Shown here: positions 53,139 through 64,000 of the stretch, one piece after another
Layout of the letters: every line of letters starts with the position of its first letter
Numbering within the stretch: the stretch's first letter is position 1
Source of the DNA: Octopus sinensis
Taxonomy: Eukaryota
Reading direction: 5' to 3'
DNA length: 64,000 nucleotides
Assembly: GCF_006345805.1 (NCBI RefSeq)
Contig: NC_043016.1
Location: forward strand, 4,588,001-4,652,000
The notes under the pieces: model-generated
Told to the model about the DNA's origin: nothing
Database searches by the model: none
What the model saw: only the letters and a program-made list of their open reading frames with translations
Position numbers and translations under genes: made by a program

Positions 53139-53988
53139 GATTTATATCATATTTGATAATTTTTTACTTATATCTCTTTATCTTTTTACTATTACTGTAT
53201 ATCCATTTCATTTTATGTATTGCCTTTACTCATATGTAATGGTGTATTAAAGTATGGATGAGTTTCATCGGATAGTTGATGTTTTACTGATTTAAGTATA
53301 TTTCTCTCCATTCTCTAATTTTGTAGTATATATGCATATATATATATACACGCACATACATATATACACATACATATGTATGTGTGTATATATATATGCA
53401 TATACATATATGCATATATATATTATAAATACATATATACTTACACACACACATATATTATATATATATATATATATATATAAGAAGAGAGAGAGAGAGG
53501 GAGAGAGACAGAGTAAGATCTACATATCCATATGTATATATATATATATACACACACATATACATATACATGTATGCATACCGAAACACACAGATGCCGC
53601 TTATCACAGTTTTTTATCTACTAAATTCCACTTTTCAGTCATTGGTCAATTTGTGTCTTTGACAGAAGACACTAGCCTAAGGTACCACTCAGGGGCTGCA
53701 AATTTCTTAATGCCAGAACTGTGTCTCTGTTGATTTGTAGTTGTGAATTTTTATCAATTGATATTTGCCGATTCAGCATGTCGTTGTTCAACTCTTTGCC
53801 AGTCTTAATTAAGCAGACGTACGAGCACATAATCCAATATATTCCCCGTGTTTGAAAAAGCCTCCCTCAAGCCTACACGAAAGCCCTACGCGGAAAGATA
53901 TCGGTTGACGTGCTAGAAATACCAATTAAATTTCCCTCAAAAATCCATTACTCTCTGAACAAAGGAATGATATGTTAGATAATGCATT

Positions 53989-54048
<60 letters not shown>

Positions 54049-54318
54049 ACACGATGTCCGAAAGAAAAAAAAATGACGGGATAATCATGACTGAATCATC
54101 TTTGATGATAGGTCTGCTGGATCAGAGATGACAGGGGTGGAATAACAACTACTGCTGGTGGAAGGATACTTGATACTTTTAAAGAAAGAAACAAACAAAC
54201 GAAAGGGAATATTAACAGTTTATGTGTGTTGTAAACGATTCTTTCACGGCGTAATTGTTTCAGTCTCAACACATGATCTCAGATGAAGTCACTTGCCAAA
54301 TTTATACAACTCTTCTAC

Positions 54319-54366
<48 letters not shown>

Positions 54367-54482
54367 ATACACACGCGCTCACACACACATACATATAAAG
54401 GGAGAGAGAAAGAGAGAATAAGAGGGTGAGAAACATAGATAAAAATATATCTAGATGTTATTGTTTGATTGTGTGTATGTGT

Positions 54483-54534
<52 letters not shown>

Positions 54535-55169
54535 GGGTGTGTGTGTGTTTGTATAGAGAATTAAGTGAATCATTTTGCTGCCAGCGGTGGAGGCAGATTG
54601 GTGCAGCACAATGATAAATGGCATTCAGCTAAAACTGTCCTAATAGGAAGGACGAAAATGTCAATTCTCTCCAAAGGACAGAGAAATATGTAAGAACTGA
54701 TGGAATAGTAGATAATTATGAAAATTGTTACTTAGCTTTTGAACTATTTTTGCATCGGAGTTTTGTGTCGTACCCAACCAGATAAAGATTCGTGCAGACA
54801 AAACATCAAACTAGTAAGTTTTAATGCCCAAATAAGCATTGGTGGAGAGGACATGTTGTCTGTATGTGGGTTGGTAAAGATTGATCTGTGAGATACACTA
54901 CAGTTGGTGGTGGTAGTGTAGGGGATATGGGAGAAAATCAGCTGTAATGAGGTATGCTAAGAATGCTTTTTTTTAAAATCTTTTCGTTTACTCAGGCGGA
55001 ATGGTTGCGTCCATGACCTTCTCAGATTCTCCGCTACTAGTGAGAGTTATGTGATCAATGTGTTTAGTTTGAACCAAAAAATTGACAACTGCATGAAAAA
55101 TACCAGCAGTATGGGATTAAAAATATGTCTTTACATGTCTCCAAAGAAGAAAATTAGTATCCATGACTT

Positions 55170-55320
55170 ACTGGGAGAGAGAAATGACGTTATCCAGCTC
55201 ACATGGTTGCAGTAAGGTGGACTCTTTGAAAGTAAGCAGATGGTGGTTTTAAACAAGACGATGAATGAAGTGTTGAGTGCTTGCTAGGAAAGGATTAAGA
55301 CAGAGAAGAGGTGAAAAGAG
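55170..55320 (+). mobile_element. Highly decayed RTE-like 3' fragment
   Basis: Weak resemblance to the GRP.KTW.EV..KD region; similar decay at 44760-44870. Confidence 0.3.
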
Positions 55321-55442
55321 ATGATGAAAGAGAAACTCAGGGAGTTGACAATCAGTTAACTTGTTAAAAAGCGCAATGGCCGTTTAAGTATCTGTAGAAC
55401 AGGCAGAAAACCCGCATTGCTGTTAGTTATTGACTGATCACG

Positions 55443-55478
<36 letters not shown>

Positions 55479-56263
55479 CCTCCTCTCTTTATATGTACAC
55501 ACACACATATAAATATAAGTACGAAGTATGTATGAGTGTGTGCGCGTATTATTAATTATATGTAATATATTAATAGATACAAGTATAATGTACACACACT
55601 CAGACACATATCTCTTCATTTATTAACTGCGGAACTACATAAATAATTCAAAGAGAGTAGAGTTTCATGCAAAGCACTTATCAAATTTATCAATTGGTTA
55701 AGTATGTTTCACGAAACTAAGCTCTTGAATAACTTCACTGTTAACGAATACGCTGCTTTTAAGTATTGATTTCCATCTCTCTTATTAGTACTACTAAACC
55801 TACTTACTTATGTATTATTCATTTATCTCATGATTCAGTTGATAATAATTCTTCCAGTAGTTTTTCTGGTACTTAAGTCGTCATTCTCAGAAGATACAAA
55901 ATGTGAAGTGGATACAGGCGTAAGAGAAGGTAACTCCGACATGAATACTGCAGAGTGTTTCTGTTTAATGTCACTCAATATATAATCTTCAGAATCGTTA
56001 TCAGATGCTATAATACAGCTTATAATGCAAAATATATATTACAGAATCACTACTTGATAATACAGCGGAACCCACGAAGCACATCGTCATCCAACTCAGC
56101 TATCTTCAAACAGTAAAACACAACATATCCTCACACATGGTCAACGTCAGTAACCTATAATTATGTGTTATAGCGATTACAGTATACTACAAATAGATCA
56201 CTCAAATCATACGTGCACAATACCCACCCAATTAGATAATTAACTATATATGCACATATATAT

Positions 56264-56295
<32 letters not shown>

Positions 56296-56339
56296 GCAGG
56301 CTGATAGATCATATATATATATATATATAGAAAGAGAGA

Positions 56340-56370
<31 letters not shown>

Positions 56371-56518
56371 GGATAGATAGATAGAAGGATAGATGTAGAT
56401 AGATTTATATATATATATATGTATATACACATATATATATAAATGTATATATATATATATGTGTGTGTGTGAGTGTATGTGTGCATATGTGTATATATGT
56501 ATATGTGTATATATATAT

Positions 56519-56555
<37 letters not shown>

Positions 56556-56687
56556 TGTGTGTGTGTGTGTATACATAATTTATCATGTATGTATATGTAT
56601 GTATATATACATATATACACACGGCCACTATACATACATACATACATACATACATACATACATACATACATACATGCATATATGTAC

Positions 56688-57076
56688 AGCAATAAGAAAA
56701 TGGAGGGGATCAAGAGGTGGTATTCATAAACTTTTTAGACATTATATTTTGTCAACTTATTTATTAATTAAAAAGACCCTTATACAATACACATACATGT
56801 ATAACATATGCTTTAAACATAATATATAAAATATAAAAATACCAGTAATTATTAAAATATATAACGTAGAGCATAGAAAGTAGAATTAGGGTATGCTCTA
56901 CGTTATATAGTTTAATAATTACTGGTATTTTTATATTTTATTTATTATATGTTTAAAGCATATGTTATACATGTATGTATATTGTTATAAGTGTTTTTTT
57001 TAGATTAATAAATAGACATAATATGTCTAAAAGTTGATGAATACCACCTCTTCATCCCCTCCATTTTCTTATTGCT
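56688..57076. repeat. Inverted repeat, ~186-bp arms, 16-bp spacer
   Basis: agcaataagaaaatggagggga...aacgtagagcata / tatgctctacgtt...tcccctccattttcttattgct. Confidence 0.92.
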
Positions 57077-58864
57077 ATATAAATTAAGGGTAAAACAACT
57101 TTTTACCCTCACCCATTTATTACACTCGGTAATGTAATTGCCATGCAGTGAAAAAACAATTGTGTATTAATAATTGGGTATTCTACCAGCAGTATATTGG
57201 ATAGATATTATCCCTTAGTTGGTTGGATTTACAACCTCTAACTCTCTTGGAATTATATATATATATGTATATATGCATGTATGTATATCTATATTTATAT
57301 ACATATTACTCTTGTACTGGTTTTAATATTGGATTGCAACCAGGTTGAGGCATCGCCTTGAAGAGTTTAATCCATTAAATCAACTCCAGAACTTATTTTT
57401 AAGCCTAATTGTTATTCTATCCATTTCCCTTTGTCAACAAGCTTCGTTGTGATGGCGTAAACCAACCAACACTTGTTACCATGCGGTGAGCGGAACACAC
57501 AAACAAAAAAGACACACATACATACAGAAGCGCATACACATAATACTATGTCTACAAATTTCTCTTACAAGGCATTAATAAGCCTAGGAACATAATAGAA
57601 GACACATGCTGAAGGCTCATCACACAGCCATGTCTGCGTATGTATAAAAGTTGGTGTGCGTTGGCGGGTGTATATGCATAGATACTCACCAATACATTAC
57701 GAGCCTTGGTAGACAAATATGTTGTCTCTTCTGATCAGCTTTTCTACCACCACTACAGTGACTTCTGCACTTAAGCACCCCCGATTCGCTCATAAATTGT
57801 GTCCACCAATCCAGCTCTCACACTGGTCAATAAACGCGACCCATTTTCCACAGATCACTGACACTCTACATTTGTCCCCTTGCCCATTGTTTCTTACAAT
57901 GGTCATCTCGCAAATATCCAAGAGAAACATAAACAGTGTCAATCTCACTAATTTCGAAGAGTCTGCGAAATACAGCCCTTCCCTCAAACAGACCAACTTG
58001 AAGAATAACCGGTGAACATATCAAACCAAGAAACGAGGACAGGCATGGTTGTGAATGTATCACTTAATAGTAATAAGTGACATCGAAGTAAAAAGCTAGA
58101 TAAACCCAAAGACATAAAGAAGTTATGGATGCTGAAATAGTTCTCAGCAAAACGTAGGTTCAAATTTAAACAAGCGAAATAAATTATGCATACGTCAAGA
58201 AAGAGGAGATGAAGGCCAATGAAATACGATGCCTACAACAACTGCTACGAACCACAGAAGACCAGATCTATGATATTGTGTATGATCCCAATAATCAGGA
58301 AATGACATGGTGGTGAAATGCTATGGATAGAGCCATAAAAACTAAAGACAATTCTGGAAAGAATAAAAGAAAGATAGGAGCAAGGAACAATATCAGGTTG
58401 GCAAATAAAACAAGCTATTCATCAAGTTTACTTATTGAAGAGAAGCTGAAAGTAAGAGGCTTGTTGGTGCTGATGTTCTGCAGTTTAAGAATTAGAGATA
58501 CAAGATATTCTAAATTACATAGCAGTACGTCAGTATGAATCAGAACATAATTGGTGAAAATTGAGACGGTAATGAGAGTGGTACACACAACTTTACTGAC
58601 GCCGAGAAAAGGGAAGTATGAAATCCTATTACACAGGGATTCTACACGAGGGGAATGCGCGAAAGAGGGGACTACCCCCGAATAGAACCAACAGAATGAC
58701 CAGCAATCAGAACTGGCAGTTATAAGGTCAAAATGCTCATTGATGTTACAAGCATAATAGATAGCTATTGAAAACGTGTGTTCTGTATACAAAACAACTC
58801 GTGAAAGAAAAAAAAGACGATAAACATGTTTCGGAAATTAAAAAAATATTACGTATTGTTATCG

Positions 58865-59130
58865 ATAGGCTTAACTCATCGTAAAGTCAATACCACCATG
58901 ACTGATATCCAATCTACAGTGGAGAAGGCTAGCCACTGGATTTGGTTAAAAAAAGACGATGAGCGATGGCTAGAAGTATATTGAGTTCTTCATAACCAGC
59001 TGATCTAGCAAGCGGGGCCTCATATCAGTGAGGGGGGCCGGTGCGCATTGATGCCATAGAGAGGTAGGCCCCGAAACGGCGCGCATTCTCTCCTGATGAC
59101 TCCATACACTTGCTAGCTTCCGGTATACGG
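58865..59130 (+). mobile_element. HERO/R2-like non-LTR retrotransposon extreme C-terminus and 3' UTR
   Basis: IGLTHRKVNTTMTDIQSTVEKASHWIWLKKDDERWLE* resembles the E.AS.W(L/I)W.KR..W terminus of REL-type elements. Confidence 0.6.
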
Positions 59131-59792
59131 AGCTTTTAACTGGTAGCACTTGCATGTGCAAGTTGTTTGTAAGACATTTATGTTCTAGCTCAAACTTGAT
59201 CGCAATATTATTTTAAAGGCCGCAGCTAATGAAAACGGTCTCTTTGCATCGATGGAAATTAGAATAGTCCTGAAGTAAGGAACAGTTCGTACAAGATAGA
59301 AGTTATATTCAATCATTTCAAACATTCCTTTCGACAATGTTTTTCTTTTCGATTATAAGATGATTAAACATCCACTTGATTGTTTTTAACAGTTTTGTTA
59401 ACGATGGGGATGAGGTTCTCTAGTTATCGTGGATTTTGATCCGGAAGTAGAGGATTCTTCTGACAAAGTAATGACCATACTTTCACAGTTTCTTCGTGTT
59501 TCGCAGTAATATTTCTACCGGCTAAATTAGAAATGAGTCTAGTCCAACGAAAATTAAAAGTAAAGGTTATAAATACTTTAGCAATGTTATCAGATTGGTC
59601 GTTCCTTTGTTGTTTGAGAGTTTCTGTAAGACACTTTCTCAGTGTAAGAGACATTGGAAAGAGATAAGAATAAAAAAACGAATTATGCCTTCTGTAGAGC
59701 TTTCGGTTTGGATCACTTCTGCCAAGATCTTTTTACTCCATATTTTCACTGGTTTTAATGTTATAAAACAATATGAATAGCATAAAGTCGAA

Positions 59793-59824
<32 letters not shown>

Positions 59825-59913
59825 ATATACACAATTGCAGCGTGAAAGGTGTTTGTAAGCCATTTAATAAACACACAAAAGCCGTTCGATTCACTTCAAC
59901 ATTTAAATTTAAT

Positions 59914-59960
59914 TGTCAAAATATTTTCGTCGCTTTCAGACCGCGACCTCTTCACTGACA
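59914..59960 (-). ncRNA. Hammerhead-fold motif with atypical core
   Basis: tgtca-GTGAAGA-G-GTCGC..GCGAC-GAAAA TA TTT-tgaca: perfect 5-bp stems I and II, palindromic stem III. Confidence 0.5.
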
Positions 59961-60737
59961 AAACTTCGTGCTGCATCTGAGAAAGTAACAGTTAGTTCAT
60001 GATATATATATGTACGATGTATATATGTGTGGATGTATGTATTATGTATGTATTATGTATGTATGTATGTATGTATGTATGTATGTATGTATGTATGTAT
60101 GCATGTATGTGTGTATGTATGTATGTATGTATGTAGGTATGTATCTATGTATGTATGCATGTATGTGTGTATGTATGTATGTGTGTGTGTATGTATGTAT
60201 GTATGTGTGTGTGTATGTATGTAGGTATGTATCTATGTACGTATGTACGTGTGTAGTGTGTATGTATGTATTTATGTGTGTATGTATGTATGTATGTATG
60301 TGCGTATGTATGAATGTATGTATGTGCGAATGCATGTGTGCATGCCTATACGCAGGTATGTACTTGTACATACGTATGTATGTGAGTATTTAGGAGAGTA
60401 TGTAGACATGTCTGTGAGTGTGTACATGTGTATGTACGTGTGAACGTATGTTTATGTAATGACATGTGTCAGTTCAAGTTGTATACATGACTGTTACCTT
60501 GTTGAAGGTTGTATATATACACACATATATATTTATATAGACACACACACATATATATATGTGTGTGTGAGTGTTTGTCCCTCTCACCGCCGTCTAACGG
60601 TGAATGGATACAACGTCTTAGATACATATACGCACATATAACCTTATACATATATACATATACATACAATCATATAGACTCTTGCACATACTCACAAATA
60701 TACTTAAAGTATACACACATATACGCTCATCCATCTC

Positions 60738-60769
<32 letters not shown>

Positions 60770-62398
60770 CACACACATACATATACATATATATATATAT
60801 TTATACATACACACACATACATACACACATACATATACATATATATGACACTCTTTTCAAGGAAACGGTTAAAATTCAAACTTGCTTTATTTTATTGTTT
60901 ATCCTTTTTTTATTTAATATTGTTTTATTTTTACATGCATACATATATAATACATATATAATACATATATATTTACACATAGTCATATGTGCATGCATGT
61001 ACATACTTATACACTAACATACACACACGTATACACACATATACATCCACACATACGTACATACATATCAAACAATGTACGCTCGTACGGTTATATATAA
61101 CTGCATATATGTATGTTAGTAGCATGCATTTCAACATGTATGCATGGATTACTACATGTAAATGAGAGAGAGAGAGGGGTGGTTATAGAATGGTACTCCC
61201 GAGTGGAATCTGGATGTTACCCCATCCGGATTTTTGGTTAAGAGTGGGTTTGTATTCTTGTATACAGACAGCTTCCGTGACCTGTCTCAGCATTGCATCA
61301 GTGGGATGTGTGGATAAGATGTTGTATCCATTCACCGTTAGACGGTGGTGAGAGGGACAAACGCACACACACACACACACACACATATATGTGTGTGTGT
61401 GTGTGTGTGTATATAAATGTATATGTGTGTATATATACAACCTTCAACAAGGTAACAGTCATGTATACAACTTGAACTGACACATATCATTACATAAACA
61501 TACGTTCACACGTACATACACATGTACACACACACAGACACGTCTACACACTCTCCTAAATACTCACATACATACGATAGTACAAGTACATACATGCGTA
61601 TAGGCATGCACACATACATACGTACATACATGTACACACATACATACATACGCACATACATACATACATATATACATACATACATATATACATACATACA
61701 TACATACATACATATATGCATACATACATACGTACATACATACATACATACATACATACATACATACATACATACATACATGCATACATATATGCATACA
61801 TACATACATGCATACATACATACATACATACATACATGCATACATACATAACATACATACATACATACATACATTACATACGTACGTACGCGTACATATA
61901 GATATATACCTACATATATACATACATCACTACATACATATATGCATACATACATACATACATACATACATACATACAAATATACATACATACATACATA
62001 CATGCATACATACATACATACATACACACATACATACATGCACACATACATACATACATACATACATACATACATACATACATACATACGTACGTACATA
62101 TATATATATATACATACATATATACATACATACATACATACATATATGCATACATACATACATACATACATACATACATACACACATACATACATACATA
62201 CATACATACATACATGCATGCATACATACATACATACACACACACACATACATACATACATACATACATACACACATACATACATACATACATACATACA
62301 TACATACATACATACATACATACATACATACATACACACACATACATACGTACATATATATCATGAACTGTTACTTTCTCAGATGCAGCACGAAGTTT

Positions 62399-62445
62399 TG
62401 TCAGTGAACAGGTCGCGGTCTGAAAGCGACGAAAATATTTTGACA
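62399..62445 (+). ncRNA. Second copy of the atypical hammerhead-fold motif
   Basis: Same as 59914-59960 but the core reads GTGAACA. Confidence 0.4.
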
Positions 62446-63739
62446 AATTAAACTTAAATGTTGAAGTGAATCGAACGGTTTTTGTGTGTTTCTTAAATGT
62501 CTTATAAACACCTTCCACGCTGCAATTGTTTTCGCTCCAGCACACGATCTCAGATCAAGTCACTCGCTATGCAAGAACATCTTCGTAATATATATATATA
62601 TAAATCATAACTTTTTCAATAGAACTGTAAAAAAAGCAGAACATTCTAAAATTGCAAATAAATTATTCCAATGTGTCTGAGCATCATTGATTAATTGTAA
62701 TTCTTCATTCCCTCTTGAAGTTTTATGAAACGAACTAACAGTTGATCTAATTTCTTAGTAAATATACAGATGTTTTAATTTTTTTCAGAATAAGGAACTT
62801 TTTAAACAGTAGTTATTTCATTAAGTTTAGTTTGCCGCAGATCGACATCTGCATTTGTAATAGCAGAATATAAATTTTGATTGCCATCCTATAGATATCT
62901 TCAAACTTGTCTTTCCAAGAAACTTTAGTAAATTAACCTTCACAGTTTTCTCATAGATAAAATCATAAACAGGTACGTTAAATTCATGTGTATAGTTCAA
63001 TTGTTCACAATCAAGCAAATTTATTAATAACACTTACTCGATCAGTTAAGACAGTAACTATATTTCTTTTCAAATCAAGATTATATCCAGAAAGCTTTGT
63101 TTCTCAACGCTCAACGTATTTTTCTGCCAGTTCCCAAATTCCAGAATTTGCCACTTAAGTATACATTTATATGTTCCCACATTTACACAATATTGTCTTT
63201 CAGATGTTCTATCAATTACTGTTCTTTTAACAATCATATTGGCATAGAATCATCTACGTTAAGTGAGATCCATTCTTTATTAAAACCAAACCGTTATCTG
63301 TAATAACTTACCTTATAAAAGTATTTTTTACTATTGTATTTGAGGAAATTCTGTCTATAGCAATTAATATGGATATTATTTCTATAATTTCACTCTGCTC
63401 TTCTTTCAATAAGTTTATTTTCTGCTTATCGATTCTTTCCGAAAACGGTTCGACTATACAAATGTGCTACTTTCTGAGAAAAAGGTTTTATGGTCGTTCT
63501 TTAATTGATGCAAAAAAAAAATGCGTGTTGAACCATTCGAGCACTTAATATGGTCCTGTAAATCGTAATTAGATTTTGAACAATACGCTCAGGCATTTCT
63601 CAGAAAGTGGGATAATAATTTCAGGAATTACCGATTGCAGTTTTAGCCAAATTTCAAGGGAATTCGGTATCTGGAAGCCTTAGTTTATAGTTAGGGTACT
63701 GTGAAGTGATCTTTGTAAATAGTTACTTTTGACTACCTT

Positions 63740-64000
63740 GGTGAATTAATTACCCATGCAGGATGGAATTAGAGAAGCGTGGAAAAGATTCAGAAAGTTG
63801 GTAACTTTATTAGAAACGAAAGGTTTCTTTCTTTGAGTGAAGCGTTGGCTGTATGTGCAAGAAGTGCACTGCTTCATAGTTGTATAATTTTGGCATTCAA
63901 TATCAAGGATATATGAAGACTGGAAAGAGACGAGGCGTATATTTCCTGAAGTGAGGTGCGAGAAAGTTGACCATAAGGAATCAGGATAGAATACAAACTA
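63740..64000 (+). mobile_element. RTE-clade LINE RT C-terminal remnant
   Basis: GIREAWKRFRKLVTLLETKGFFL*VKRWLY..RSALLHS..RLERDE. Confidence 0.7.

Larger units (their letters stand above)
48540..53329 (-). mobile_element. 5'-truncated Penelope-like element with inverted pseudo-LTRs (arms 48939-49757 and 52483-53329)
   Basis: The ~830-bp arms are reverse complements. The core carries a frameshifted GIY-YIG ORF, and each arm carries a hammerhead motif. The left boundary at 48540 is approximate. Confidence 0.85.
59831..62529 (-). mobile_element. PLE-derived foldback: inverted arms (59831-60620, 61315-62529) around a GIY-YIG C-terminal fragment
   Basis: Unique blocks pair across the arms despite unequal (ATAC)n lengths. 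61183-61320 minus reads ILSTHPTDAMLRQVTEAVCIQEYKPTLNQKSGWG. Confidence 0.8.

Noticed and set aside
57719-58800. Possible decayed PLE reverse-transcriptase sequence (also 55860-56170 and 62800-63500)
   Set aside because: Only vague resemblance in short peptides; needs TBLASTN or an HMM search.
59035-59105. TTGATG...CCCGAAAC...CTGATGA in the HERO-like 3' UTR
   Set aside because: It cannot be folded into a type I, II or III hammerhead with a paired stem II.

Overview
This is a 64-kb AT-rich eukaryotic window with no host protein-coding gene that I can support. The SINE families and microsatellite load look like an octopus or other cephalopod genome (inference from recognition, not a search). 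It is a mosaic of tRNA-derived SINEs (at least 3 families), RTE-tailed SINEs, non-autonomous Helitrons, MITEs, and decayed mariner/Tc1, RTE, Tx1/L1, R4/Dong-like, HERO-like and Gypsy fragments. It also holds long (ATAC)n, (AT)n and trinucleotide arrays and a 100-N gap. Almost all ORFs in the supplied track are microsatellite artefacts. The most striking structure is a set of Penelope-like (PLE) derivatives. GIY-YIG endonuclease remnants sit between long inverted repeats that carry outward-facing minimal hammerhead-ribozyme (HHR) motifs with palindromic stem III (48.9-53.3 kb, 59.8-62.5 kb). One element (35.3-35.8 kb) has the same HHR-bearing inverted arms around a tRNA-like Pol III head instead of an ORF, which makes it a candidate PLE-mobilised, ribozyme-bearing SINE. 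Several HHR families have atypical cores or an 85-nt stem II. All alignments and folds were done by eye, coordinates of decayed elements are approximate, and ribozyme activity is untested.
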